From a plasmid: a stretch of 64,000 nucleotides of DNA. Below the pieces are notes generated by a model. It saw only the letters and a program-made list of their open reading frames with translations, was not told the DNA's origin and ran no database searches. The translations under genes were made by a program, and so were the position numbers. Below are positions 1 to 9,536 of the stretch, piece by piece. Position 1 is the first letter of the stretch, and every line of letters starts with the position of its first letter. Location of the stretch: sequence record NZ_CP024444.1. The stretch is one strand, 5' to 3'.

Positions 1-2
1 AA

Positions 3-113
3 CCAACTCAAGAAACAGTCGAGCCTAAACCTGTTGTTACTGAACCTGAAGATAAACCTACTATCAACTCGCCTGTCGTTATCGATAACGATGATACAGG
101 ACCTTCTATTTAA
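3..113 (+). CDS. 3' end of an upstream gene (partial, Pro/Glu-rich C-terminus)
   Basis: Open frame 3 runs from the window edge to TAA at 111-113. It reads on the same strand and with the same spacing as the downstream operon. Confidence 0.25.
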   Translation, partial: PTQETVEPKPVVTEPEDKPTINSPVVIDNDDTGPSI

Positions 114-134
114 CCAAAAGCAAGGATGTAAAGT

Positions 135-605
135 ATGGATATTGCAAGCCTGACTGCCGCAGCGACAACTACCACCATCGCCACCACTGCTGCCACTGCT
201 GCTGTTGCCACACCTGTTTATTCAGTGGCACACGTACAAAATGCTATGTCACTGGTCGACCCCGGCTTTCAACATGATGCTGGCGAGATTTTTAATCTAC
301 AACCAGCGATTAAGCTAACCAATCAATCAACCATCGAGTCACTAGATAGCGCAGCTGGCTTGGCTAAAGATTTAAAACACGCCTTATCATCACTGCCTAA
401 CGAGATCGATATCGAAGAGTTGGCATTTGGCAACGACAATCGTGTGCAAATTGAGCAATTGGCACAAAATGTTTACAACGAAAACCTACGTCAATTGTCT
501 GACCGCACCATCACGCCTGAATTCAACCCTGAATTTAACAGCACGATTGAGCAAGAAGTCGGTAATGACTCTATTTGGCCAAGTGATGACCCAGCACCAT
601 ACTAA
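135..605 (+). CDS. hypothetical protein (Ala/Thr-rich N-terminus)
   Basis: 156 aa ORF, first of three tightly packed plus-strand ORFs (gaps 23 and 2 nt). No recognisable motif. Confidence 0.5.
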   Translation: MDIASLTAAATTTTIATTAATAAVATPVYSVAHVQNAMSLVDPGFQHDAGEIFNLQPAIKLTNQSTIESLDSAAGLAKDLKHALSSLPNEIDIEELAFGNDNRVQIEQLAQNVYNENLRQLSDRTITPEFNPEFNSTIEQEVGNDSIWPSDDPAPY

Positions 606-628
606 GCGTTTTAACGGGACTATTAATC

Positions 629-1075
629 ATGCAAGTATATAAGTCAATCATCACCCACTGGGCATCCAAGATGGAACAAAGCAAGGATGCCATTGTGTTT
701 AGTTATGAAGATGAAGAGTTGCCACCCGATATCTTGTCATTGTATTTCGGGGATAGTTTTATCAAAGGTGCTTTACAGTACATTTTTATTGTATTTGGTA
801 CCAATCCCCCTTTGATTGAACAAAAGATTGGGCAACAACTCTCACCAATGATTGATAACGCCCGTTTCATAGAGTTTAATCAATTGCTTGAAAACTTATC
901 GCATAGTGTCATGAACCCTGATACCGTTCATGTACCACTATCCCAACAAGAAATACACTGGATTGAGCAACTACCAAAACACTTCTTTGCCGAGTGGTTG
1001 TTGTTCTACCTAGATAACAACGTCAAGCCTTTCGCCAATCGCTTAGAACACGCTTTTGCTATCTTTGAGGGATAA
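629..1075 (+). CDS. hypothetical protein
   Basis: 148 aa ORF. Its stop lies 2 nt before the next start, which suggests an operon. Confidence 0.5.
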   Translation: MQVYKSIITHWASKMEQSKDAIVFSYEDEELPPDILSLYFGDSFIKGALQYIFIVFGTNPPLIEQKIGQQLSPMIDNARFIEFNQLLENLSHSVMNPDTVHVPLSQQEIHWIEQLPKHFFAEWLLFYLDNNVKPFANRLEHAFAIFEG

Positions 1076-1077
1076 TC

Positions 1078-2637
1078 ATGACCGTCTTACCAGCCAAGCC
1101 CCAAACCGATAAAACAGCCGATGTTCATCATTCGGATGTGATACCAGCTGGCGAGAATGACCCAATCAAAACAAATAGCCCGTCGAATGAAGCTAATGCC
1201 CAAACAGGCATAAAGCTTGATTTGAATGCTTTTGCAAAATACTTTTCTGATAATGAGTTACTTATCAGTCTTTTCTTAGAGCTCTGTTTTTTATTACAGC
1301 GCAATAATACCGCTGCCTTGTCTGTAAACGATCTGCAAGTACACCATACCATTTTAATGAAACTGCATAAAGAATACGGACTTACCGGGAATGTTTATCG
1401 AGAGCTTATGCGTTCAATTAGCAATGATGAAGATATGGGTAAGCTGCTTGGTCAATCCAAACACCTAGCTTATATTCGTGGTCAGCACCATGAAGATTAT
1501 GCCCGTATCATCGCCAATTATACCCGGCAAAATGGCTATCTTGTCACCATACAATTAACGGGCGATCCAAAACAAGATTACACCAATCTTAGCCAGTTGG
1601 TTTTGGATATTAAAAGCCAACCGATATTAAACTTAAGTAAGCAACGTTCTGATTTTTGCCAAGTGCAAGCCAATAAAAACTGGCAAGCCTTATATGACGA
1701 GTTAACTAACCCTGTTGCTACGCCAAAAAATCAATTGGTATTATCCTTTAGTCACGATGATAACCACCAAGGAACTAATATACGCTTGTATAAAGCGGTG
1801 TTTTTACTCAAAGAGTTGGTAGCAAAGTATCAAGTTGATACGGTGTCGTTTGATGACTTGACCCTGCATGAACAGCGGCCATCACCGAGCGACGCGCTAT
1901 TAAACACCCATGACTTTTTGTCTTTTGATAATAGCTTTATTTCCATTCAGCCGCATACCAATGATACGGTAAGACCCACCCTATCTAGTGATGTGGTTAT
2001 TATTCAAGATGTCGCAAGTGACGATAAAGAAGGGTCAAACACGCCAGTCGACGAAGATGCCACCAATACCAATGAAACCGCTGAACAAGATAGTGCTAGT
2101 GACCAACAAGCCACCCCTCAACCTAAAGTCCAAGCGACACCGGAACCAAAACCCAGCCTATTTAAGCGATTATTTAGCAAAATTAACCCCAGTCGAGCCA
2201 CCCAAGCAGCTGATAGCGACGTCGTTGATACCACAGCCGATATAAAAACACCCCCATCAAGTCAGGGACTACCCTCTGCAGCAGATAGTAATTCGGTAGC
2301 AACCGCTAATAAGTCCTACTCAAACAATAAAATTCAGCATACTTATCGGGATTGTGCAGGCGTGATGGTGACCAAACCTATCGACCATTGGAAACCTGTT
2401 AGTTGGAATAGTGAAAAATTGTTGGAATTTGAGCGTCATCACCTATCGCTTATTTTCAGCAAGTGTGTTAAAAATGACTTGGCGACTTTAGTTAGTCAAA
2501 AGCAAAAAGCCATTAACATCGATGAATTATTAAAAAATGGGTTTGATTTTCAATGTTTTGCGATAAACGCAGGCTTTTACGCTAAACTTCGCTGGCAAGC
2601 TAACTTGCAAGATACCGTTCAAAAATCAGGTTACTGA
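1078..2637 (+). CDS. hypothetical protein with acidic, low-complexity central region
   Basis: 519 aa ORF. Contains a D/E/T/P/Q-rich linker (around aa 310-400). No catalytic motif recognised. Confidence 0.6.
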   Translation: MTVLPAKPQTDKTADVHHSDVIPAGENDPIKTNSPSNEANAQTGIKLDLNAFAKYFSDNELLISLFLELCFLLQRNNTAALSVNDLQVHHTILMKLHKEYGLTGNVYRELMRSISNDEDMGKLLGQSKHLAYIRGQHHEDYARIIANYTRQNGYLVTIQLTGDPKQDYTNLSQLVLDIKSQPILNLSKQRSDFCQVQANKNWQALYDELTNPVATPKNQLVLSFSHDDNHQGTNIRLYKAVFLLKELVAKYQVDTVSFDDLTLHEQRPSPSDALLNTHDFLSFDNSFISIQPHTNDTVRPTLSSDVVIIQDVASDDKEGSNTPVDEDATNTNETAEQDSASDQQATPQPKVQATPEPKPSLFKRLFSKINPSRATQAADSDVVDTTADIKTPPSSQGLPSAADSNSVATANKSYSNNKIQHTYRDCAGVMVTKPIDHWKPVSWNSEKLLEFERHHLSLIFSKCVKNDLATLVSQKQKAINIDELLKNGFDFQCFAINAGFYAKLRWQANLQDTVQKSGY

Positions 2638-2787
2638 TTGATAAAAACCATGATTTTTTTTGAGTAACTTGGTATCTTGAATTGCAATAAATATCTTATA
2701 ATGTTGTCAATATTTTATATTTTATTTTGATTTGGCATCCAACCTAGTCAACTTTAATTCTTAGCGCATCATAAAAAAGGACTCACC

Positions 2788-5700
2788 ATGTCTTTTATTT
2801 GTCCAACCGATTGTAGTAGTGACCGCGCCGTCAGCATATTACAAAGCATCTTTGGAAAAAACTTTATCGAGTCGTTTTATAAGTCAGGCACACCCAGCCC
2901 TGCCTTAGTCCATGCCGACTCTCATAGCATATTCCCTGTTATTACCAGCAATTTATCAACCGCTGCCTTAACCGTTGTGGGTATTATTATTTCCGTTAGC
3001 ATTATTCGTGGCTTGATGACTTCTGCCAACGATGGCGAGGCGATAGGGGTAAAAAATAATAGCCTTGGTGGTGCTTTTGGACGCCCAATATTTTCTGTTG
3101 CCATGATTACACCCGTGGCTTCAGGCTATATGATAATCAATATTATCATCATGGCTGTGGTGCTTTGGTCTAATAGTATCGCTAACCTTGCCTATAAAAC
3201 CTTTGTTGAAAATGACATTACAGGTGGTACGGCATCGGTTCTTGTCGATGACCCAAACTATCAAAGTGCCAATGATATGATTGTGCCTATGGTGTATGGG
3301 GCATTACAAGGTTATTGCTCAAAATATTCTAATTATAAGCTCAACAATTCGGTGACAATGCGCCAAACTAACGCATGGATTGACGCAACGGGGGTGTTAT
3401 CCAAAACCACGATTAGTGGTGCTCAAGGTCAGCGTACCACCATTGATTATCCTGAAGATGGCATATTAGGTGTGTTAGGCGTTACAGGGTCGGTTTGTGG
3501 TAAATTTGAAGTGACACGTAATGTTCAAGAAGAGCCAGCCATTACAGGCGATACCCAAAGTAAACAACTAGAATCAACTGTTCAACACGATCTGATTGTC
3601 CTTAGAAAACAGATTACCAATGTCCGTGTGAATTATATTTTAGCCGCATATTATGACGGCTATTATTATGCAACAGGTGAAGCACCTCCAGCCCCCGACT
3701 TACAATCAGTTTATCAAAATGGTGGTGGCAACCCTACTTTCACACCCGTTCCGTGGTCAATGGAATTGGCAACCAACACCAATGTTCCTGAAGACCAAAA
3801 ACCCAATGTCACGACTTTGATTAATGCCGCTAAAAACCGCAAATTAAAGCTAGATGCAGAAATACAAAGAATTTTAAATGCCAAGGGTGTTTTGGTCGCT
3901 GACAAAAATGGTCCCCTACCTAACCAACCTCCACCTCCCCAAAACGGGTTAACCACTATGACGGGTGCTTTGGTAAATGAAATTACTGCAGAAGGTTGGT
4001 TATCGGCTGGTAACTACCGTGCGCGTTTTCGTAAATTTACCGCAGGCTTAAGCGACTCTATTGCCAACAAACCCTATACCTACGGTTTACCAAACATAAA
4101 AGTTGATAAAGATGCCAATGAACAAGCTTCATTTATTGAAAGCCTAAATACCATTCGCACAGCCATCTTTGAGCAAATTAAATCAAAGGGCTTGTCACCC
4201 TCTTATTCAATGATTAACGTCGACAGCATTACTTATACCGCAAGCAATGATAAAGTCGATTTAACCACGTTATTGGATGGTCCAAGTTCAGGTGTGATTA
4301 ATGCGGTATTTAATGTCGAACAAGCCATGATTAATACCCTAATTGGTACCGGACCTGGTGAGCAAGTAGATGCCTTACAACGCATCCAAATGACGGGTGA
4401 TTATATTTTTGGCATTGAGTTTTTTATTAAAGCCATTCAAATGGCTACATCTTTAGCGATTGCTATGATTGCCGTGCTTGGTGCGACAGGTGGTGGTTTT
4501 ACTGATTTCGTCTATAAGACTGGTCAATCGTATGAAGGTATTAATAATTTCTATCAAGCCAATCTTGCCACCTATCTTGTAAAATTGGCTGACGATTTAG
4601 ACGTTATTGCCCGTTACTTCTCTACCATCATCCCAACGATGCCTTATGTATTCTTGACTTTGGCTGCCGTCGGATGGTGTATTCAGATTATTCAAACCAT
4701 GCTCGGTATGCCGTTATTCTTTATTATGCATGCTGTGCCACAACGTTCATTCTTGGGTGACCAAATGCAAGGTTATGTGACCTTGATGACGTTGTTTTTC
4801 AGACCCTTAATGATTGTTTCAGCGTTTTTCTTGGCGTTTGTACTCTACGACCCACTACTTACCTTTACCACGCAGATGTATCTATCATTGCATGAAAACG
4901 TCGCTGGAAGTACCTTTGATAGTACCATCCTAAGAATGTATACCGTGTTAAATACGTTTCGTTGGTATTGGCTGATTTTTGCTAACCTACTGTTGGTGGT
5001 AACTTACTACACTTTCGGTTTGGTACAAGAATTGGGTGATACCATTTTTGATTGGCTAGGTACCCGTATCTTTGGTGGTGGATTCGGTAATATGGACACC
5101 AATGGCGTGATGCGAAATGCATCAGTACAAATCGGTGGTGCTCAAGCGCGAAACCGCCAATTACAAGCCGAACGCGCCAAAGCACTCGCCAACCGCAAAG
5201 GTGGTAATGCTGGTGACGCAAATGCAACGGGCGAAGGTGGCAACGGTGGTGGCAATGGCGGTAATGGCGGTGCTAGAGGTGTTGGCGGTAACGATGCCGC
5301 ACGTAATGCCAGTATGTCAGGTGCAATGGGAACAGGTACAGGTTCAAGCCCACAAACACAACAAGCAGGACAAGGTGGTTTTGGTCCAACCGCTGGTGCC
5401 AACCACATGGGCGCAACTGCGCTTATTACAGCTGGTAGTGCCGCAATTGGTGCAGTACGTGGCGCAAGACAACAAGGTACTGCGTATGCGACAGGTGCCG
5501 CAAAAGCCGCAAGTGCAATGGCTGGCGGTGGTAAAGCTGGTAATGCCGCTGGCGCAGCGGCAGGAACAGTTGCAGGCTTGGTAGGTGGTGCGCTAGGTGC
5601 GGCTCGTGGTGGTTATGGTGGTGTAACTCGTGGTCTTAAATCATGGGGTGGTCGCCAATCTTATCAACAAAACTTGAACGAGGCGAGAGCTCGTGGTGCG

Positions 5701-5883
5701 ATTGGTACCAAAGGTTATGATGACCCTACACCATATCAACAAGCTAAAGCACCAACACCGCCAGCGCAAGCACAGGCGCAAAAGACTTCGCCTTATGGCA
5801 TGGGTTCAACGCTTACCCCAAATGTTAACTACACGGTTAATGGTGTTCAGTTTACACAACCAACTAACAAACGAGGCTCATAA
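2788..5883 (+). CDS. polytopic T4SS inner-membrane protein, DotA/TraY-like (alternatively TrbL/VirB6-like) with Gly/Ala-rich C-terminal tail
   Basis: 1031 aa. Two N-terminal hydrophobic segments, a hydrophilic domain of about 400 aa, then a cluster of at least 5 TM helices (aa about 540-760). The last roughly 250 aa form a Gly/Ala/Asn-rich low-complexity tail. Size and topology resemble Legionella DotA (about 1 kaa). A Gly-rich tail is also typical of TrbL. Confidence 0.5.
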   Translation: MSFICPTDCSSDRAVSILQSIFGKNFIESFYKSGTPSPALVHADSHSIFPVITSNLSTAALTVVGIIISVSIIRGLMTSANDGEAIGVKNNSLGGAFGRPIFSVAMITPVASGYMIINIIIMAVVLWSNSIANLAYKTFVENDITGGTASVLVDDPNYQSANDMIVPMVYGALQGYCSKYSNYKLNNSVTMRQTNAWIDATGVLSKTTISGAQGQRTTIDYPEDGILGVLGVTGSVCGKFEVTRNVQEEPAITGDTQSKQLESTVQHDLIVLRKQITNVRVNYILAAYYDGYYYATGEAPPAPDLQSVYQNGGGNPTFTPVPWSMELATNTNVPEDQKPNVTTLINAAKNRKLKLDAEIQRILNAKGVLVADKNGPLPNQPPPPQNGLTTMTGALVNEITAEGWLSAGNYRARFRKFTAGLSDSIANKPYTYGLPNIKVDKDANEQASFIESLNTIRTAIFEQIKSKGLSPSYSMINVDSITYTASNDKVDLTTLLDGPSSGVINAVFNVEQAMINTLIGTGPGEQVDALQRIQMTGDYIFGIEFFIKAIQMATSLAIAMIAVLGATGGGFTDFVYKTGQSYEGINNFYQANLATYLVKLADDLDVIARYFSTIIPTMPYVFLTLAAVGWCIQIIQTMLGMPLFFIMHAVPQRSFLGDQMQGYVTLMTLFFRPLMIVSAFFLAFVLYDPLLTFTTQMYLSLHENVAGSTFDSTILRMYTVLNTFRWYWLIFANLLLVVTYYTFGLVQELGDTIFDWLGTRIFGGGFGNMDTNGVMRNASVQIGGAQARNRQLQAERAKALANRKGGNAGDANATGEGGNGGGNGGNGGARGVGGNDAARNASMSGAMGTGTGSSPQTQQAGQGGFGPTAGANHMGATALITAGSAAIGAVRGARQQGTAYATGAAKAASAMAGGGKAGNAAGAAAGTVAGLVGGALGAARGGYGGVTRGLKSWGGRQSYQQNLNEARARGAIGTKGYDDPTPYQQAKAPTPPAQAQAQKTSPYGMGSTLTPNVNYTVNGVQFTQPTNKRGS

Positions 5884-5907
5884 TTAGTTGCATAACTATA
5901 CAAAAAT

Positions 5908-5937
5908 AAAGGATTGTCAAATAATTGACAATCCTTT
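5908..5937. terminator. perfect 30 bp palindrome AAAGGATTGTCAAATAATTGACAATCCTTT (terminator or operator)
   Basis: Read directly from the sequence, 25 nt after the stop of the 1031 aa gene. A-run on one side and TTTA on the other. Confidence 0.45.
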
Positions 5938-6071
5938 ATAGGCGTGTTACGATAATTATGCCATAATTTTTGACCAACCACGGTAAAGTACCTATGTAAA
6001 CCACAAAAATTAACGCACACATAACCATATTTAGACCAGCTGAAGTCGAGAGCAGCTATCTTTATCAAGGA

Positions 6072-7619
6072 ATGGTTATGTCAGACAAAAGCAATAAATA
6101 CATGAATACCGACTTTTTAGAGCCAACCGCCCTAGATGCCGCTATTTATCACTCACAAAACAAGCGTTACGCTGATATTGCCGCCCGACAAGAGCAGGCG
6201 GCATACATACGTCAAGTACGCGCGGAACAATGGGGCGAAGAAGTTTCTAACCAAGCTTTGCGTAACTCATTTGTAGCACTCGCCAAAAAAGCCTACCCGA
6301 CTGAACTAAACTATTTATGGCACTACACTGCTGAATTGCGCGAGCTTTTGGTATATCCTGCCTTGCCTAAACTTATTTACTACCCACCAGGTAATGGTAA
6401 AATCCTTGAGATTGACCCGATTGTGACCAGTAATGGCTTATTTAAAGCTAAAACCTACACAGCACAATATAATGAGCATCACGCCTGCGTGTATTATTAT
6501 CAGCAAATCACTCGCCATACCCGTTTTTTAAACCTGATTAGCGATATGTTAGTTAACTATTCTGAAGCTTTGGATTTAGCCTACAACCATTACCCTGAAG
6601 TCACCGATGACAATGGCTTTTGGACACCCAAAGACTTTATTGCGCGTGAGTTAATTGACCGCTTACACCGTGTTACCCAAGCCGATGTGGTATCAGGCAT
6701 TCAATTAAACACCTTGGATGATACCGAGTTGTATGCGCCTGTATCTCGATGTGAAATTGGTCTAACCCTATTGGATAAATGCTACTCACGCATTGAGGCT
6801 ATCGAGCGTGGCGAGCTTTATCATCCATTGGCTGGTGAGAATTATGTCCCACCAATGCCAGCTCCCATGTATAGCGAACACGCGGCCAATAATGTGTATT
6901 CGGTATGGTATGACACTTTGGCCAATGAAGCGTATGGCTATTACCGGAATTTTGCTGACCAAGACGCCTTGGAAAACACTGGATTTATGGTGGCTGGACT
7001 TAGTTATTTAGACAACGAGCTGGCTCGCGTGATGACACCGTTTCCACCTAACCCAAACAAGGCGGAAGAGCAAAGCATGCAGTACCATATCCGCCAATTG
7101 ATGTTTTTACGCGGTTTAATTCGTCGTAAAGGGCATTTTTTAGCAGCCATTACCCATGTGTTGTTGATGATTTTTGAGCGATTACCACAAGCACAACCAT
7201 TGTTGTGCAACTTAATCTTTAACAACACATTCTATGAATTTGAGCAGCATCTAGCTAAAAGAGAATTTGTTTGTGATTTACCCGATAAAGAACAGTTATT
7301 TAATGATGAAGCATTCTTAAACCTTATCTTTATCAACAACGACAATGCTGATACATTGTTGGACGACTCGGTAAACTTGTATCGTCATGCTGAACAAGTT
7401 ATGGCGCAATTAGCCGAATTACGCGCCAATGGCAATCCAACGCCTGTATGGAATTTCAGACGTGATACTTTTATCAGTGGTGATTATAGCTATACACCTG
7501 AAGTCAAGGCTAACCGAATGCAATTTATGGCAGATGAATACCAAAACTTAGTTGCGTATATGGATGGCTTTAAACCTGTGGAAGAAAGACCTCCTATCCG
7601 CCCAGCTGCCACCCAATAA
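6072..7619 (+). CDS. hypothetical protein
   Basis: 515 aa ORF, followed by a clean intrinsic terminator (7636-7662). Confidence 0.65.
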   Translation: MVMSDKSNKYMNTDFLEPTALDAAIYHSQNKRYADIAARQEQAAYIRQVRAEQWGEEVSNQALRNSFVALAKKAYPTELNYLWHYTAELRELLVYPALPKLIYYPPGNGKILEIDPIVTSNGLFKAKTYTAQYNEHHACVYYYQQITRHTRFLNLISDMLVNYSEALDLAYNHYPEVTDDNGFWTPKDFIARELIDRLHRVTQADVVSGIQLNTLDDTELYAPVSRCEIGLTLLDKCYSRIEAIERGELYHPLAGENYVPPMPAPMYSEHAANNVYSVWYDTLANEAYGYYRNFADQDALENTGFMVAGLSYLDNELARVMTPFPPNPNKAEEQSMQYHIRQLMFLRGLIRRKGHFLAAITHVLLMIFERLPQAQPLLCNLIFNNTFYEFEQHLAKREFVCDLPDKEQLFNDEAFLNLIFINNDNADTLLDDSVNLYRHAEQVMAQLAELRANGNPTPVWNFRRDTFISGDYSYTPEVKANRMQFMADEYQNLVAYMDGFKPVEERPPIRPAATQ

Positions 7620-7635
7620 GCCATCGATTTAAAAA

Positions 7636-7662
7636 AACCGCTTACCATTAAGCGGTTTTTTA
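7636..7662 (+). terminator. rho-independent terminator (AACCGCTT-N6-AAGCGGTT + T-run)
   Basis: Hairpin plus TTTTTTA read directly. Confidence 0.7.
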
Positions 7663-7674
7663 TCCTCCGTTGCC

Positions 7675-8895
7675 GTAAAACCACCGACTTTAGGCGGTGG
7701 ATATAAGGCAACTCCGCAACCATGCTTACGCACAGAAGTTATTAAATGTGTTAAACTAAACCCATGAAAACACTCAAGCTACGCATACGAGATAAACACA
7801 CAAACCAACTTAATAAACTAAGCGGTTTGGTGAATTTCGTATGGAACTACGTTAATGACTTGAGTTACAAACACCTACAAAAAACTGGCAAATTCTTTAG
7901 TGCTTATGACCTAAACCAATACACCAAAGGTAGTGGTGAATTACTAGGCTTGCACAGTCAAACTATTCAAGCCATCAATGAAACCCACGCCAAAAACCGC
8001 AAGCAATCCAAAAAGGTTCGGCTTAACTGGCGAACCAATAGCCTCAAAGCCAAGCGTAAAAGCTTAGGTTGGCTACCTTTTAAACAATCCGCTATTAAGT
8101 ATATTGCCACGCACCAAACTGGCAACTGTTTATCAAAAAGCAAGGGCTTAAAATCCACCTTGCAACTATCCTTAGCCAAAGGACAAAAACTCATCATTGA
8201 CCTATGGGATAGCTACAACCTTAGCCTATATCAAATCAATACTTGCGAACTGGTACAAGACAGTCGTAACCGTTGGTATGCCTGTATCACCGTCAAAGAC
8301 TATCCCAAGCAATCATGCGGTACTGGTAGTGTAGGCATAGACTTGGGTTTAAAAAAAAGTGCTACCACTTCAAGCGGTGACAAACTTACCATCAAGCAAA
8401 CGCTCAAATATGCCAAAGCGTTAGCGATTGCCCAGCGAGCCAACAATAAACAACGTGTTAAGGCAATCCATGCTAAAATCAAACATACACGCCAAGACCT
8501 CATCCATAAATTTACCACCCAATTAGTCAAAGACAATGCGCTAATTGTGGTAGGTGACGTGAAAACCAATCAATTCAACAGTAAAAAAGGCAAACTAGCC
8601 AAATCGGTTTACGATGCAGGTTGGTTTGAACTCAAAAGACAGTTGGAATACAAGTGCAAGCATGCAGACTGTCATTTTGAGGTAGTGAGTGAAAGAATGA
8701 CAACCCAAACCTGTTCGTGCTGTGGCACTCGCAACAGTAATCTTAGCGGTAGAACAGGCTTAGGAATAAGAGAATGGACTTGTGGTGCTTGTCATACCAC
8801 GCATGATAGAGATATCAACGCAGCCAAGAACATTCTTGCGGTTGGGCTTAACCGTCTTGTAGAAGGAATCCCCTCACTTTAGGGAGGGGAGGAAG
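7675..8895 (+). mobile_element. IS200/IS605-family element, tnpB-only (IS1341-like); boundaries approximate
   Basis: A subterminal hairpin CCACCGAC-TTTA-GGCGGTGG (7681-7700) lies upstream of tnpB. A second hairpin CCCCTC-ACTTTA-GGGAGGGG (8870-8889) overlaps the tnpB stop, as expected for the right end and omegaRNA scaffold. No tnpA is present. Confidence 0.5.
7764..8882 (+). CDS. tnpB: TnpB (IS605 OrfB family RNA-guided nuclease)
   Basis: 372 aa. Has the RuvC-like motifs and the C-terminal zinc finger CSCCG...CGAC followed by HDRDINAAKNI, which is the canonical TnpB C-terminus. Confidence 0.9.
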   Translation: MKTLKLRIRDKHTNQLNKLSGLVNFVWNYVNDLSYKHLQKTGKFFSAYDLNQYTKGSGELLGLHSQTIQAINETHAKNRKQSKKVRLNWRTNSLKAKRKSLGWLPFKQSAIKYIATHQTGNCLSKSKGLKSTLQLSLAKGQKLIIDLWDSYNLSLYQINTCELVQDSRNRWYACITVKDYPKQSCGTGSVGIDLGLKKSATTSSGDKLTIKQTLKYAKALAIAQRANNKQRVKAIHAKIKHTRQDLIHKFTTQLVKDNALIVVGDVKTNQFNSKKGKLAKSVYDAGWFELKRQLEYKCKHADCHFEVVSERMTTQTCSCCGTRNSNLSGRTGLGIREWTCGACHTTHDRDINAAKNILAVGLNRLVEGIPSL

Positions 8896-9005
8896 TCAAA
8901 CTGCTTACAAACCCTATAATTATAAAAGCTTTGGAATAAGTTAAGGGAATAAGTTAAGATTTTTGAGCAAAATATGCTCAAGCCGTAGTAAAACAGAGGT
9001 GATAT

Positions 9006-9296
9006 ATGACCGATAAAAGCACATTGGCAACCGACAAAGCTGTGTTATTTAGTCCTTATCATAAACGCATTATGGAATTGCTAGATACTCACACCATTAT
9101 CGCTACGCTCGCCACATTAAAAGAAGAGTTTGATTTTCCTTACGATGAAGCTGCACTAACAGACTACATTTACCGTTACACCAATATCAAAGAAATTAGA
9201 AAAAAAGCAACGACGTTTGATTTTAATAAGGCTAGACAAGAAGACGGGTTGCAATCAAACATCCAACCTGACGATCCATTTCCAGCAAGCGGCTAA
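9006..9296 (+). CDS. hypothetical protein
   Basis: 96 aa ORF, convergent with the topoisomerase gene. A shared bidirectional terminator follows. Confidence 0.45.
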   Translation: MTDKSTLATDKAVLFSPYHKRIMELLDTHTIIATLATLKEEFDFPYDEAALTDYIYRYTNIKEIRKKATTFDFNKARQEDGLQSNIQPDDPFPASG

Positions 9297-9302
9297 AACA
9301 AT

Positions 9303-9334
9303 AAAACCCACTCAAAGCAGTGGGTTTTATTTTA
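9303..9334. terminator. bidirectional intrinsic terminator (AACCCACT-CAAAGC-AGTGGGTT flanked by A/T runs)
   Basis: Hairpin with a T-run on the + side and an A-run on the - side, between two convergent genes. Confidence 0.7.
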
Positions 9335-9536
9335 AATTAAATTTCCGGTAAATCGACGGGACGAAATAAAACGCTCTAAATGCGTTTTATAGCTTACTTA
9401 AACCTTTAAACGACCAATGTACCAACACGATATCAGACAGCGGTTAAACGCGAAATTTGACGCCTTATCGCGTGTCTATTTATCTAACTGGCTGGCTTGA
9501 TGAATAATTCCACTTCAACACGCCAGCAATCACCTT

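Noticed and set aside
5117-5584. ORFs 5117-5584 (+) and 5142-5408 (-) inside the 1031 aa gene
   Set aside because: They are alternative-frame read-through of the GC-rich Gly/Ala-codon repeat region of the DotA/TrbL-like gene. They are fully embedded and show no independent signals.
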